A stretch of DNA of 61,751 nt, filler included. It is 8 parts of 8 records of this genome, joined end to end, with 100 filler letters (N's around TTAATTAATTAA, not from the genome) between each part and the next. Parts side by side here need not be neighbours in the genome. Positions count along the whole stretch, not along the records: positions 6,525 to 16,151 come from SRR31156797_59411; positions 16,252 to 21,396 come from SRR31156797_59418; 6 more parts are not named here. The stretch is one strand, 5' to 3'. The translations under genes were made by a program, and so were the position numbers. Positions 8,449-19,236 of the stretch are shown here, piece by piece. The notes beneath the pieces were generated by a model that was not told where the DNA came from, made no database searches, and was given only the letters and a program-made list of their open reading frames with translations. Within the stretch, counting starts at the first letter, position 1; each line of letters starts with the position of its first letter.

Positions 8449-10275
8449 TCAGGCCGCTTCTGTCGCCGATTCCACCCGGTTTCGGCCCAGGCTCTTGGCT
8501 TTGTAAAGGGCTTGATCGGCTTTCTTGAGAATATCCTCAACCTGCTTGTCGCCCTCCTCAAATGGCGCAACTCCGATACTTACCTGGAAATTAAATGAAA
8601 TGTCTTCCCTGTATATTACTGTTTCGGACAACTTCCGCCTCAATCGATCCGCAACCGTGACCGCCTTGTTTTGTTCGGTTTCAACCAGGACAGCCGCGAA
8701 TTCCTCTCCGCCCATTCTTCCGAATAGATCGTTCTCACGGAGAGTTCTCAGACATGTTTCCGTAAAAACCTGCAAGGTTAAGTCCCCGACCTGATGCCCG
8801 TATTTATCGTTAATATTTTTGAAGTGATCGATATCTATCATCAAAACCGAAAAAGGTCGACTATATCGCCTGCTGCGATTTAATTCGATCTCTGCCTTTT
8901 CCATGAAGCTGCGGCGGTTATTGGCGCCTGTCAACGGATCCGTGGAAGCCAGAATACGGATTTCCTCCTCCATTTGCCGGCGCTCGGTAATATCCATGTG
9001 AGTGCCGACCATTCGGACCGCCTTACCCGATGGATCCTTGGTAAATACTTTACCCCTGCCCAATATCCAACGCCACTGGCCTGCTTTGGTGCGCATGCGA
9101 AAATCAATATCAAACGACTGCGCCTTTTCCAGATGCTCGGAGACCGCCTTTTCAGCTTTTTCAACATCTTCAGGGTGAATGAGGTTGCGCCAGGCTTCGT
9201 ATGAAGGTTCAAATTCATAGGGTTCATATCCCAGCATGGTGTAGTACCTGGGACTGAAATAGGTTTCACCCGTATCGATATTCCAGTCCCACATCCCGTC
9301 GCTTGTGGCTTCCAGGGCCATACTTAAACGTTCTTCGTTCATTCGAAGCGCTTCACGGGCTTTTATCTGGTCTGTTATATCGGCTATAACTACCACCGCG
9401 CCTTGATATCTTCCGGATACATCCAACATTGATGAGAGCGTGACCATGTAATGACTTGAGCTCCCGTGCTTTTCCACCCTTAATTCACGATGTAAAATGC
9501 CCGGCTTGCCCTCCCCTCCAAACTGGACTACTTCACTTAGCCAGGGTAAAACTTCATTTAGCGGCTTTCCTATAAGTTCTTTCCACGGTTCGCCATTATC
9601 TTCTTTTTCACTGCCGGTTCCAGTCGTATTTACCGAACGGCCATAGTATATTCCGCCCGGCCCCCCTTCCAGTTCCAATAAATGCACTGCAGCCATGTTC
9701 AGATTTTCTATCAATGCTTCTTCATCTATCAGAAAAACAGGATCGGCAAGACTTTCAAACAAAGTCAAGTACATGTTTTTTTCATTGGTAATCATGCGGT
9801 TGGTGTTCTGAAGTTCGTAAAGGATCTCATCGCCTGGAACGCTGTTCCACTCGACGCTGAGCGCTATTTCAATCAAGTCAAAACAGCGCACTATGAATAA
9901 TCCATAACTTGCGCCGGTTTCATTGTCTTCTATCTTTTCTCGAACCAAATCCTGGTAGGTCTGCCGATAGTATTTTAACAGACCCAAAAACATACCCAGG
10001 TTTATACCCCGCTTGCGGTGCAACCGGGCTTCGGTTATGCCGAATTCAGCGATCGGATTTTTCGTATAGTCTTCATCCGGCATGAATTCCGGGGCATTTT
10101 CTCCCAAAATATCAATGGCCTCGACAATAGCCCTGGTCAATCCCGAGATCGATAAACGCCAGGCTTCAACAAGAGTTGAGGTATACTGGCTGTAATTCTG
10201 CCTTTTGGCATAAAACAGAATACGCTCCATTAACCATTGCTCATTGTCAAGCAGAAGATTTTTTAACTTATCCAA
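8449..10275 (-). CDS. Diguanylate cyclase with helical N-terminal sensor and two PAS domains
   Basis: GGEEF active site with an intact RxxD I-site (RENDLFGRMGGEEF), a PAS_3-type domain (WDWN...IHPED...WI..RG) and TDPLTGANNRR. Confidence 0.92.
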   Translation of the reverse strand: MDKLKNLLLDNEQWLMERILFYAKRQNYSQYTSTLVEAWRLSISGLTRAIVEAIDILGENAPEFMPDEDYTKNPIAEFGITEARLHRKRGINLGMFLGLLKYYRQTYQDLVREKIEDNETGASYGLFIVRCFDLIEIALSVEWNSVPGDEILYELQNTNRMITNEKNMYLTLFESLADPVFLIDEEALIENLNMAAVHLLELEGGPGGIYYGRSVNTTGTGSEKEDNGEPWKELIGKPLNEVLPWLSEVVQFGGEGKPGILHRELRVEKHGSSSHYMVTLSSMLDVSGRYQGAVVVIADITDQIKAREALRMNEERLSMALEATSDGMWDWNIDTGETYFSPRYYTMLGYEPYEFEPSYEAWRNLIHPEDVEKAEKAVSEHLEKAQSFDIDFRMRTKAGQWRWILGRGKVFTKDPSGKAVRMVGTHMDITERRQMEEEIRILASTDPLTGANNRRSFMEKAEIELNRSRRYSRPFSVLMIDIDHFKNINDKYGHQVGDLTLQVFTETCLRTLRENDLFGRMGGEEFAAVLVETEQNKAVTVADRLRRKLSETVIYREDISFNFQVSIGVAPFEEGDKQVEDILKKADQALYKAKSLGRNRVESATEAA

Positions 10276-10483
10276 TATGAATTTCCCTTTTTATAAATCG
10301 TTTGCTCCTGAGTCCGCCATCAGTCTATATGGCTCAAAGCCCGCAAAGGATTAACGTCCGATAACAACCTATTATTAATATAAAAATAACATTACCGAGC
10401 CATAAAACAAGTATTGCGGCCGCTTTTCCAGTATTGACAATCCCTTAATGATTTGCAAATTCAGCGTCCAACTTCGTTTCAGT

Positions 10484-12664
10484 TCAGTGGTTCAGGTTCC
10501 AGTCATAAAAAAGGTATTCCACATCAATATCCCGGCCATGTACCATTAAATATTTTACCTTGTCTTCATCGGCCAGATACCGGCAAATAAATTCAAATAA
10601 TTTATCTCTTCCTCCGAAATCGGTTTCATACCATTTAAAAATTTGTGAAAGCATCACCTTGTTTTTTTCTGGCGCAACAAGCAGTTCCGAGCTGTTAATA
10701 AAATGGGCGGCGGCCCGGTCCAGTTGCTCATCAATATTTTCTGCTTCGTAATAATCTATTGGGGCGCATGAACGCGACCCGCAAACCAGGGCGAAGTGGA
10801 TGCGCGGATCAACTTCGCTTACAGACAGTTTTTTTCTTTCATCTCCATAGCCAAAAACAGGCAGCAAATGTCGGGGGGGAGTCGCATTGGCCCTTAGAAT
10901 TCCATGCTCCATGTCATCCGGGCTGAAGAATTTGCCGCCGACTTCATAACCGATATGGGTAAAAAAATTGATAGTCTCCTTGACCGATTCTTCAATGGCT
11001 AAAGCCACAATTCCATGAACCACGATGGTGTTGTAAAGGTTGATCCAGAAAGCGGTCTTTTCTCTTCGCCCGGACAATGACGCCGGATCGAAAGAACACA
11101 ACAACGAAGCCAAATCCAGGTATTCTTCATATTCATCGGACGACTTCATGGCTTTATAGTCCACTCTCCCTCTCGACCTGTCGTAGAAAGCTTTCTTCAA
11201 TCGCCCGATAGCCGCCATCAACCGCTCGCCCAGGTCAGACGGAGCCGGGCCGGTAGGCCGATTCACGGCCTTGTTTAAAACCTGCTTTTCCTTGAGACGA
11301 TGGGACCCGGCCCTCCCGATCCAGGTCAGAATCCCTTCCTTTTGGTCGTAATATTCACTGACCAGGTCTATAAACAGGGCCGCGGTCCAGGAAAACGAGT
11401 CCGACCCATAGCCCCGGCCGGTGATGGAATCATAATATTCGTGAAATCCGAACCGGATGGGCAGTTGTATAAGGTCCTTGTTCATGGCGTCAGATTTTGT
11501 CCGATAGCCGTAATTCCTGAGCCCCCGGGAAAGAAGCCAGTTGATGTTTATCCAGACCGGCCCGCGCCAATAGTTTTTCGAATCAAAACCATGCCTGGCC
11601 ATATCGAAATTTGGAATCGTGAAGCAGTTGCCTTGATTAAGAGCGCAGAAAGATACGGAATCCAGACGTTGATATAGTTTTTCAGCCTGATCGATTGTTG
11701 CGGCCGAAGCAAAAAGCGGTGTAAAACTGGCTGCCGTGGCCGTGGTCAAGTGTTCGCCCAAATTGATATCAAAAGGATCAAACTGCTCGCGTTCCGGACA
11801 CCATAAACTCTCGCGAATAGCTTTTGCAGTCTGGTCGTGCCATTCCCGCGCCTCGCCGACATCCAACCCGGCCCCTTCGCCCACTTCGACCAGGTCATGG
11901 TTGGCCGCGCAAAGTATGGAATTGAACAGCACATCCTTGATTAAGAAAGGGCACTGTTGATATATGGCTGCCTCGTCATAATTATTTCGGCGAAAAAGAT
12001 CCACCAATAACACATAGCGATCATAGTCTTCATTGCTGGGGCGTTGCTCCGCCGGCACGCCGTGCCCCAAATCCAGCCGCTTGTATTGAGGCAGTTTTTC
12101 CCGGTCGATTTCCATGCGGCCGAGCGGCCCGTCCCAATTTGGGGAATTGTCAAGGCCCGATTCCCATGGATGCCTAATGTAAACAAGACCTTCCGCCTTC
12201 GGGTCCCGCTCGTGATAGAAAAAGCGATGCGATCCCATTATTTTGGGATATATAAAGCGGACAAAATCACGCACTTCCGCTCTATCCCCGGCCTGCCGCC
12301 AAATGCGGCTCAAGGCCAGTGCGTGCGTCGGCGGCATGGTGATGCCGCTGGTCATACGCCCCTGCGGCGCCTGCCAGAAATCAGGTTCCGGAAAGTAATG
12401 TCCCAACGAATTCGAATTAAAACTTATTTGGGGAACCATGCCGTTATCCCACTGGTTTTCAAAGAGGGCGATCAGTTCCTGCATGGCCCGTTGAGGTGCA
12501 TACCGTGCGTATCCTATGGCAATGAATCCGGAATCCCAGTTCCACTGATGAGGATAAAGGCTGGGCGCCGGCCTGGTGTATCGGCCGGTCCAGTTGCGAT
12601 CCAGGATATCTTTGGCCTGATTCAGATAAGACTTGAATCCCCTGGTTGAAAAAAAATCAAACAT
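10484..12664 (-). CDS. GH63/MGH1-like glycoside hydrolase fused to a C-terminal DUF547 domain
   Basis: N-terminal YPHQWNWDS, HPWESGLDNSP, YWRGPVWIN, FHEYY, FSWTAA. C-terminal AFWINLYN, DPRIHFALVCGSRSC, YDWNLN. RBS GGAAGG precedes the ATG at 12664. Confidence 0.85.
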   Translation of the reverse strand: MFDFFSTRGFKSYLNQAKDILDRNWTGRYTRPAPSLYPHQWNWDSGFIAIGYARYAPQRAMQELIALFENQWDNGMVPQISFNSNSLGHYFPEPDFWQAPQGRMTSGITMPPTHALALSRIWRQAGDRAEVRDFVRFIYPKIMGSHRFFYHERDPKAEGLVYIRHPWESGLDNSPNWDGPLGRMEIDREKLPQYKRLDLGHGVPAEQRPSNEDYDRYVLLVDLFRRNNYDEAAIYQQCPFLIKDVLFNSILCAANHDLVEVGEGAGLDVGEAREWHDQTAKAIRESLWCPEREQFDPFDINLGEHLTTATAASFTPLFASAATIDQAEKLYQRLDSVSFCALNQGNCFTIPNFDMARHGFDSKNYWRGPVWININWLLSRGLRNYGYRTKSDAMNKDLIQLPIRFGFHEYYDSITGRGYGSDSFSWTAALFIDLVSEYYDQKEGILTWIGRAGSHRLKEKQVLNKAVNRPTGPAPSDLGERLMAAIGRLKKAFYDRSRGRVDYKAMKSSDEYEEYLDLASLLCSFDPASLSGRREKTAFWINLYNTIVVHGIVALAIEESVKETINFFTHIGYEVGGKFFSPDDMEHGILRANATPPRHLLPVFGYGDERKKLSVSEVDPRIHFALVCGSRSCAPIDYYEAENIDEQLDRAAAHFINSSELLVAPEKNKVMLSQIFKWYETDFGGRDKLFEFICRYLADEDKVKYLMVHGRDIDVEYLFYDWNLNH

Positions 12665-12876
12665 CGGTCGATTCCTTCCCGATGCCGAGCAATTCAGTAT
12701 TGCATGCATCCCGATGCTGCAGAGCGCCCCGTGGATATGTCCGGGTATGCATTTAATAAGCTAAATTTAATAATATACTATCGGGTCCGGGAATCCACAT
12801 GACCAAATTCAGCCGTTACGAATTGGCCAAAAAATCAAAAATCACGGTTAAAAACTCAGCACATTGGATTAGAAGC

Positions 12877-14145
12877 TTACGCCCGCCCCTCCCTTTGGGC
12901 TTCAATGGTCTCCAGCATGGCCTCGATCTTTAAAAAGGCATTTTCTTCATTGTATTTACGGACGTCGGCATGATCCAGGTCGATCAATATGGCGGGGATA
13001 TTACACTCTTTTGAAATGCGTCTCTGCAAATCCATTTGCATGACCGAATAAACCTTGCAGCTTCGGTTGCTGGAAAAAATCACTCCATCGATTTCATAGC
13101 GTTTTATCATTTCGACCATGGCCTTATAACGGAGTTCCAAACCATAGCAGCAAATTGCGGAATTCTGAGTTTCAGCCAGATACTTCAATGGATCCGATCC
13201 GTCATATTCGAACAGATCAAGTTCGCCTTCCCTGGCGCCAATGCAGGACGTATAAGTGGCGTAAACGATATTGGCGTCAAAAGCGCCAAGACGGGCCGAC
13301 ATTTTCCTTAATTGGTGCCAGGGGGCGATATTGTCCCAGAGCAGCCTGAACTTTTCATTCGGCGACGGAACAATCCCGGAATCCACGTTCGCTTCCACTT
13401 CGTCCGCCAGTAGTTTGAAATGTTCGACAATCTCCGGCGATCCTCGCAAGGCCGTAAGATAAGGGGCCATATGCACAAAACTGTCAAAAGCGGTTATGGC
13501 CGAAGGGCGACGGGCCGCAAAACCATAAAAGCGTTTCCAATGCTTCAGGGCTTCATTGCTGTAATGGACTGCCTGACGCGTCTTTTCGACATCAAACTTC
13601 TGACCGGTCATATTTTCAATGGTTTTAATCAGGTCGTGAAACTGGGTCAGGATATATTCGAGATCCTTTTCCTTCTGTGAATCATAGCAGAACGGAATAT
13701 CCAGCACAAAGTGAGGAATATTCATTTCCCGATGATATACATCAAACCACTTGACCAATAGCGAGCAGTTGTTGTTGTTGGAAATCAGAAGATCCGGCCT
13801 TGGCAGTCCCATGCTGGGGGAGCCTTGACCATTGTCGAAATAAGTTCCCAGGTCCACGCGGGCGTACGAACACAAATCCATGGAATAACCCTTCAGTTCG
13901 GCTTTTTCCGCCTGCTGCGCCCCGACGCCCTTGCCGGCGCACATGGCCGCATGAGCTTCGGGAAAACAGACCACCAGGTCAAACCCTCTCAACAGTTCCA
14001 CCGGAACCATGATGGCAATCCAGACAACCGGCTTGCCCCGGCTCGCTTCAACGTGATTGCCCTGGTAGTAACCGCCCATAAGTTGTTTAAGATTATCATC
14101 AGCCCGCTTGTTAAGTCTGTTTGACATATTACACCCGCTTGTCAC
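12877..14145 (-). CDS. 2-hydroxyacyl-CoA dehydratase / benzoyl-CoA reductase family subunit (HgdA/BcrB-like)
   Basis: GYSMDLCSYAR, NNNCSLLVKWF and SNRSCK Fe-S cysteine motifs. Confidence 0.82.
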   Translation of the reverse strand: MTSGCNMSNRLNKRADDNLKQLMGGYYQGNHVEASRGKPVVWIAIMVPVELLRGFDLVVCFPEAHAAMCAGKGVGAQQAEKAELKGYSMDLCSYARVDLGTYFDNGQGSPSMGLPRPDLLISNNNNCSLLVKWFDVYHREMNIPHFVLDIPFCYDSQKEKDLEYILTQFHDLIKTIENMTGQKFDVEKTRQAVHYSNEALKHWKRFYGFAARRPSAITAFDSFVHMAPYLTALRGSPEIVEHFKLLADEVEANVDSGIVPSPNEKFRLLWDNIAPWHQLRKMSARLGAFDANIVYATYTSCIGAREGELDLFEYDGSDPLKYLAETQNSAICCYGLELRYKAMVEMIKRYEIDGVIFSSNRSCKVYSVMQMDLQRRISKECNIPAILIDLDHADVRKYNEENAFLKIEAMLETIEAQREGRA

Positions 14146-14147
14146 GC

Positions 14148-15260
14148 CTAAGGCAGCATTTCGGAAAAAGTCTCTATTCTTGTCCTGAATGCTTCAATAT
14201 TTTCATCGTCGTCAATGGATATTTCCAACGACAGCGTTTGCACGCCGAGCTCTTTCAATTTTTTTTCCAAATAAGGGAATTCAAAATATTCGTATTCGCA
14301 AAACTTCTCACCGACAAATATCACGCCTTGGGCTATTTTTTCATCCACAAGATTTAAAAACGCCTCAACACGTTTATCAGCCGCGCCCAGTAAGGTTGGA
14401 CAGGGAAAATGATTGAAATAAAAATCTTCATAGTATTCGGCCGCGGAAGATGTCTCACCGGGCATGTAACTGTAGGACCTGCCCAACATGGCCAGGTCAT
14501 TGCCAACAACTCTCAGCCCGGAATCTTCCATTATACGTACTAATGGGGGCGCAGGCGGCAGTATCCCGCTCAGAATCACCCTGTTCGTGTTCACCTCATC
14601 GCTGGGCGCCGATTTCGCCTCCGCCTTTTCCAAGGCTTTTTCCAGTTTTTCGATCTGTCTTTCAACCGGTAAAAAGTAATTGTTCCGGATCAGGTCGGAA
14701 AAATCGCTGAAACCCAAATGGCCCCTGGCGACCAGACCTTCAATTTGTCCGGCCAGTCTCCTCGACCGGTTAAACAACCTGACGCTCGACCTGAATTTAT
14801 CCGGAGAAAAGGACTCGCCCGTGTATTCTTCCAATTGTTCTACCAGGATTTCTATTTCATTATGCAAATAGGCGCGGCCGTCCGTCTGGCTCCCGGGCGC
14901 CATTGGGACGTGACAGCGGAACAAGGGCAAGTCCCTACCGATATCTTCCAAACCCCACTTTATTATCTCGGGAAGGTTTCTAAGCGTATCGCAGGCATTG
15001 TACATGAACAGGCCGTCCAGGCGCCCGCCCAAATCCCCTAAAATGAATTCGGTTAGATGGCGTCCTACTGAACAGACAAAGTTTTGTACATGTCCATCGC
15101 TTATTTCTGTGTTTTTCAAGTAAGGCTTCAATCCCCATAAGACCACGGGCGTCAACCCCATGGAATGGAATAACTCCAATGGGGGATATAGCGGAAAGCA
15201 TCCGATTATCTTTTTACCTTCCTTATCCAGTTCCTTTAGCCGTTCTTCAAGTCCAACCAT
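14148..15260 (-). CDS. 2-hydroxyacyl-CoA dehydratase / benzoyl-CoA reductase family subunit (HgdB/BcrC-like)
   Basis: GCFPLYPPLEL, FVCS, NACDTLRNL, KFCEYE and C-terminal RTRIETF.E motifs. Confidence 0.82.
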   Translation of the reverse strand: MVGLEERLKELDKEGKKIIGCFPLYPPLELFHSMGLTPVVLWGLKPYLKNTEISDGHVQNFVCSVGRHLTEFILGDLGGRLDGLFMYNACDTLRNLPEIIKWGLEDIGRDLPLFRCHVPMAPGSQTDGRAYLHNEIEILVEQLEEYTGESFSPDKFRSSVRLFNRSRRLAGQIEGLVARGHLGFSDFSDLIRNNYFLPVERQIEKLEKALEKAEAKSAPSDEVNTNRVILSGILPPAPPLVRIMEDSGLRVVGNDLAMLGRSYSYMPGETSSAAEYYEDFYFNHFPCPTLLGAADKRVEAFLNLVDEKIAQGVIFVGEKFCEYEYFEFPYLEKKLKELGVQTLSLEISIDDDENIEAFRTRIETFSEMLP

Positions 15261-15309
15261 TATTAATTTATCCCTGCCAGCGGATGCTGCTTTTTAATGA
15301 ATAAAACCA

Positions 15310-15328
15310 GCCATGATTTAATCATGGC
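15310..15328. promoter_or_regulatory. Perfect 9-bp inverted repeat (candidate operator)
   Basis: GCCATGATT-T-AATCATGGC, about 50 bp upstream of the dehydratase operon start. Confidence 0.45.
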
Positions 15329-15514
15329 ATCGAAAATCTTGCTTTTTAGAAACATATTTATGGAAAACCTTAACCTTAAGGCCTATGAGTATACTAAGCC
15401 CGCCCCGCCCCCGCCGTCAACTGGAATTCATGCCTTCGTTTTATCATTAACCCAAGCAGTACTTGGCCCGAAAGTCCTGATTAATCAAATTTACGTATCC
15501 GTCCCAAAAAGAGC

Positions 15515-15560
15515 TTGCATATGTCACCGTCTGGTGATACATTGTCACCATTAAGTGACT
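15515..15560 (+). promoter_or_regulatory. Sigma-70 promoter overlapped by two tandem TetR-type operators
   Basis: TTGCAT-N17-TACATT (15515-15543). Imperfect palindromes TGTCACC-N4-GGTGATA (15522-15539) and TGTCACC-N4-AGTGACT (15543-15560) lie 21 bp apart. Confidence 0.65.
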
Positions 15561-15572
15561 CGAGGTTCTAAT

Positions 15573-16151
15573 ATGACGCCTGCTGAAAAGAAAAATTCTC
15601 AATCTTACCCGCGAACCCGGAACAAAGAAGCCACGAGGAAGAAACTTATCGATTCAATTGGCGCCCTTTTGGCGCGCAAAGGCTTCCGGGCAGTCGGCGT
15701 CAACACCGTAGCCAGGGAAGCGGGAGTGGATAAGGTTCTTATTTATCGCTATTTCGGCGGCCTGCCCGGGCTGATCCGCGCCTTCGGTCGGGAAGGAGAT
15801 TTCTGGCCCGAGGCAGAGGAAATCATGGACGGCTCTATAACCGATTTCATGAAAATGGAACCGGTTGACCGTTTCATCGCGCTTGGTCGGGGGTATGCCC
15901 GGGCCGTTCGCAGCAGGCCTTTAACCCTGGAAATAATGGCCTGGGAAATGGTGGAAAGGAATGAATTGACCGAGGAACTCGAAAACATACGTGAGGAAGC
16001 TTTTGCCCGTCTCCTGGAAACCATTAAGCCGGCGGATAATTCCAACATGGACTGGCAGGCTGTATCAGCCATATTCGGGGCGGCTATCAACTACCTGGCG
16101 GTCAGATCCAGGCACATAACCGTTTTTTCCGGCGTTGACAATCTTGATGGA
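15573..16151 (+). CDS. TetR/AcrR-family transcriptional regulator (3'-truncated)
   Basis: HTH 'GF...GVNTVAREAGVDKVLIYRYFGG'. GAGG RBS precedes the ATG at 15573. Confidence 0.9.
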
Positions 16152-16251
16152 NNNNNNNNNNNNNNNNNNNNNNNNNNNNNNNNNNNNNNNNNNNNTTAAT
16201 TAATTAANNNNNNNNNNNNNNNNNNNNNNNNNNNNNNNNNNNNNNNNNNNN
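16152..16251. other. Artificial contig spacer
   Basis: N44-TTAATTAATTAA-N44. Confidence 0.98.
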
Positions 16252-16723
16252 TAAGGCCGCAGCCAAAGCCGTGTCAAAGGGGTTTAGGGTGGCATTTCAT
16301 TTTGATCCCATTTTTTTGTATTCTGGATGCGAAAACGCTTATGAAAAAGTGATTGAAGCCATCTTCGCTCATGTCAGCCCCAAAGATGTTGTATGGATTT
16401 CCATTGGCACTTTCAGGTTTATGCCCCATTTAAAATCCATTATTGAAGCACGGTTTCCAAATTCAACCATCCCTTATGGTGAATTCATCACCGGTCTTGA
16501 TAATAAAATGCGCTATTTCAAGCCATTACGCATAGCCATGTACCAGCGTCTTGCTGCGGTTTTCCGGCAGCTTGCCCCCGACGTTGCCATCTATTTTTGC
16601 ATGGAAGATGAAGAGGTTTGGATGAAAACCTTTGGATTTTTCCCGGGAAAACCCAAAGCACTTGCCCATATGCTGGACCGGGCTGCCGCAGGCCGTTGCA
16701 GACTTGACACTCGCTTGCTTTAA
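16252..16723 (+). CDS. Spore-photoproduct-lyase-like radical SAM protein, C-terminal part (5'-truncated)
   Basis: Frame is open from the contig edge. Motifs AFHFDPI, WISIGTFRF, GLDNKMRYF.P.R and YFCME. Confidence 0.75.
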
Positions 16724-16797
16724 AAAAAGTAAATCGGCCAAGGGGTCTTCACCAGCCTCGTAACCAGCTATATTCTGGGAAGCAGATGGGTCATGGT

Positions 16798-19233
16798 TCA
16801 TAATTCCACCATATGGGATTTTAAAAGGGCCATGGCTGTATCCAGTGCCGGACCGATTTGGGTTATTGTATGGGATAAGCTTTCAAGGGACGCCTGATTC
16901 CGTGCATCCTCTTCCACCTTTAAATACAGGGAAGACAGGTCCTGTGCACCCAGGTTTCCGCTGCTGGATTTCATATAGTGGGCATGGGACCGGACGGCCT
17001 CCAAATCCTCGTCGGCCAGGGCCTTGGCAATCTTTTTTGTCCGATCCGGACCTTCTTTTAGAAAAATGCCGATCACCTTTGTGAGGATATCATCGGCCCC
17101 GGGGGGCTGAACGGAACGGATAAGGTCCAGGGCAGCGGTTTGGATGATTTCATCCTCTGGGTTCTGGGTTAAGGCGTCTGCTTCCTGCTCTCCGCCATTG
17201 TTTGACGTTTCAGGCCGGAAATGGCTTTCAGGCAGCCATTTTGTAAGTATTTCGACCATCAAGTGTTTGCCGAAAGGTTTGGCCAGATGGTCATCCATGC
17301 CTGCGTTGATGCATTTTTCCCGGTCTCCTGCCAGAGCGTGAGCTGTGAGGGCAATCACAGGCAGGGGACCTCCGTTTCTTGCTTTTTTGTCCATGGCCCG
17401 GATGCAGCGGGTGGCATCATATCCATCCATCACCGGCATCTGGCAGTCCATGAACACGATGTCATAGGCCTGCTGTTCTAATGCGGCCACAGCTTGTTCT
17501 CCGTTACCGGCCAAAGTCACCCGGCCGCCCAGGCTTTTTAAAATACCGGCAGACACTTTCTGGTTGATGGGATTGTCTTCCACCACCAGAGCAAGGAGAG
17601 AGGGTTCCGGCTCTGTTTTGCCTGTCGCCTCCCCGGCTGCAATTGGGGATACGGCATGGGAATCTTCTACGGTTACTGGGGAAAAGAATTCAAAATCCAT
17701 GGCCTGGGTTTGCCAGGTTTTTTCAAACTTCAATGCAAACCAGAATCCGGTGCCTTCTCCCTGGTGACTTTCACAGTCAATGGTTCCGCCCATCAGTTCC
17801 ACAAGCTGCTTTGAAATGGCCAGTCCCAGCCCTGTTCCCCCAAACTCCCGGGTAGTGGTTTCATCTGCCTGGGTAAAAGGCTCAAACAGCCGGTCAAGGG
17901 CTTGGCTGTCCATTCCTATGCCGGTATCTTTTACTGAAAACTTTATGGTTGCTTCGGTTTCTTCATCTTTCAGCGTTTGTACCCGGACGGCTATATTTCC
18001 TTTGGGGGTGAATTTCACTGAATTGGACAGCAGGTTCAGCAGGACTTGGCGTATCCGCAAAGGATCGGTCTTTACATGGGGCCAGGACAGCCCGCCTGTA
18101 TCCACCGTCAGGGTCAGCCCTTTATTCTGCACCTGGCCGGATACAATATCCGCTGTTGTCCGGACCAGTTTTCCAATATCGCAGATTGTGGATGCCACCA
18201 TCAGTTTTCCGGCCTCAATTTTTGTAAAATCAAGGATATCGTTAATGATCAGTAACAGGGAATCCCCGGACACCTTGATGGTATTGACATATTTTTTCTG
18301 CACCTGGGTCAGCGAGGTGTCCATGAGCAGTTCGACCATCCCCAGAACTCCGTTCATGGGAGTTCGGATTTCATGGCTCATGTTGGCCAGGAACCGGCTT
18401 TTAGCTTTATTCGCGGCCGTGGCATTCTCTTTAGCAATTTGCAAAACCTTTTTTTGATTTTCCAGGCTGTCGGCCATGTGATTGAACAATTGTGACAACT
18501 GACCCATTTCATCGTTATGTATTACATTGAGGCGTCGGTCATAATCACCATGGCTGAGGTGTAAGAACGCGTCTGATAATTCATTGACTGGTCGCATCAG
18601 GCTTCTTTGTATTATAATGAAAACCCCCACAGCCGTTAGAATTGAAAAAATTAAAATGGCACCCAGTGTTTTTTTCATTAAAGTCGCCTGGTCGACCAAT
18701 TGCATGCTTTGGGTTTGAACATGATCTGATACATGGGCCACCACCTCATCTGTGAGTTCAGTAATATCCTGGGCCGATGAAATGGCAATGGATCTCATTT
18801 GTTCTTCCGTGTCCCCACCCTCGTTTCCGCTGTCGATCTCGAATTTAAAGGCAAACAACGCCTGCCTAAATCTGAGGGCCAGCATGGACATGTCTTTGAT
18901 ATAATTCAGAGCAATTTGGTCATGGTGCTCAAGCTGTTTGATTTCGTCCAATGCCATCAGTGCCCGTTCAGACAACAAAAGAACAGGGGAAAGGACCTGG
19001 CTTTCATTATGCACAAATTCCTGAAGTCCATATTTCCCTTCATGGATAAGCCGCGACAGTTCATGCCAAAGCCGTAACTTTTCTTGTTCGACCACAATGG
19101 TATTTCTTAGCGTCTGGGCTGTTTTTGATAAGGTTTGATATGATGCGGTGCTGATTATCCCAATGATGATGAGAAGCAACCCGATACCCAGCGTTCTTGT
19201 TTGTTTAAATGATATGTTTCCCAGGAAAATCAT
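16798..19233 (-). CDS. Membrane hybrid sensor histidine kinase (periplasmic helical sensor-HAMP-HisKA-HATPase-REC-Hpt)
   Basis: Two TM helices, [39 protein letters not shown] and Hpt motif [13 protein letters not shown]. Confidence 0.93.
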   Translation of the reverse strand: MIFLGNISFKQTRTLGIGLLLIIIGIISTASYQTLSKTAQTLRNTIVVEQEKLRLWHELSRLIHEGKYGLQEFVHNESQVLSPVLLLSERALMALDEIKQLEHHDQIALNYIKDMSMLALRFRQALFAFKFEIDSGNEGGDTEEQMRSIAISSAQDITELTDEVVAHVSDHVQTQSMQLVDQATLMKKTLGAILIFSILTAVGVFIIIQRSLMRPVNELSDAFLHLSHGDYDRRLNVIHNDEMGQLSQLFNHMADSLENQKKVLQIAKENATAANKAKSRFLANMSHEIRTPMNGVLGMVELLMDTSLTQVQKKYVNTIKVSGDSLLLIINDILDFTKIEAGKLMVASTICDIGKLVRTTADIVSGQVQNKGLTLTVDTGGLSWPHVKTDPLRIRQVLLNLLSNSVKFTPKGNIAVRVQTLKDEETEATIKFSVKDTGIGMDSQALDRLFEPFTQADETTTREFGGTGLGLAISKQLVELMGGTIDCESHQGEGTGFWFALKFEKTWQTQAMDFEFFSPVTVEDSHAVSPIAAGEATGKTEPEPSLLALVVEDNPINQKVSAGILKSLGGRVTLAGNGEQAVAALEQQAYDIVFMDCQMPVMDGYDATRCIRAMDKKARNGGPLPVIALTAHALAGDREKCINAGMDDHLAKPFGKHLMVEILTKWLPESHFRPETSNNGGEQEADALTQNPEDEIIQTAALDLIRSVQPPGADDILTKVIGIFLKEGPDRTKKIAKALADEDLEAVRSHAHYMKSSSGNLGAQDLSSLYLKVEEDARNQASLESLSHTITQIGPALDTAMALLKSHMVEL

Positions 19234-19236
19234 AAA

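Noticed and set aside
15325-15343. TGGCAT...TTGCT as a sigma-54 promoter
   Set aside because: The GG-to-GC spacing is 13 nt rather than the required 10.
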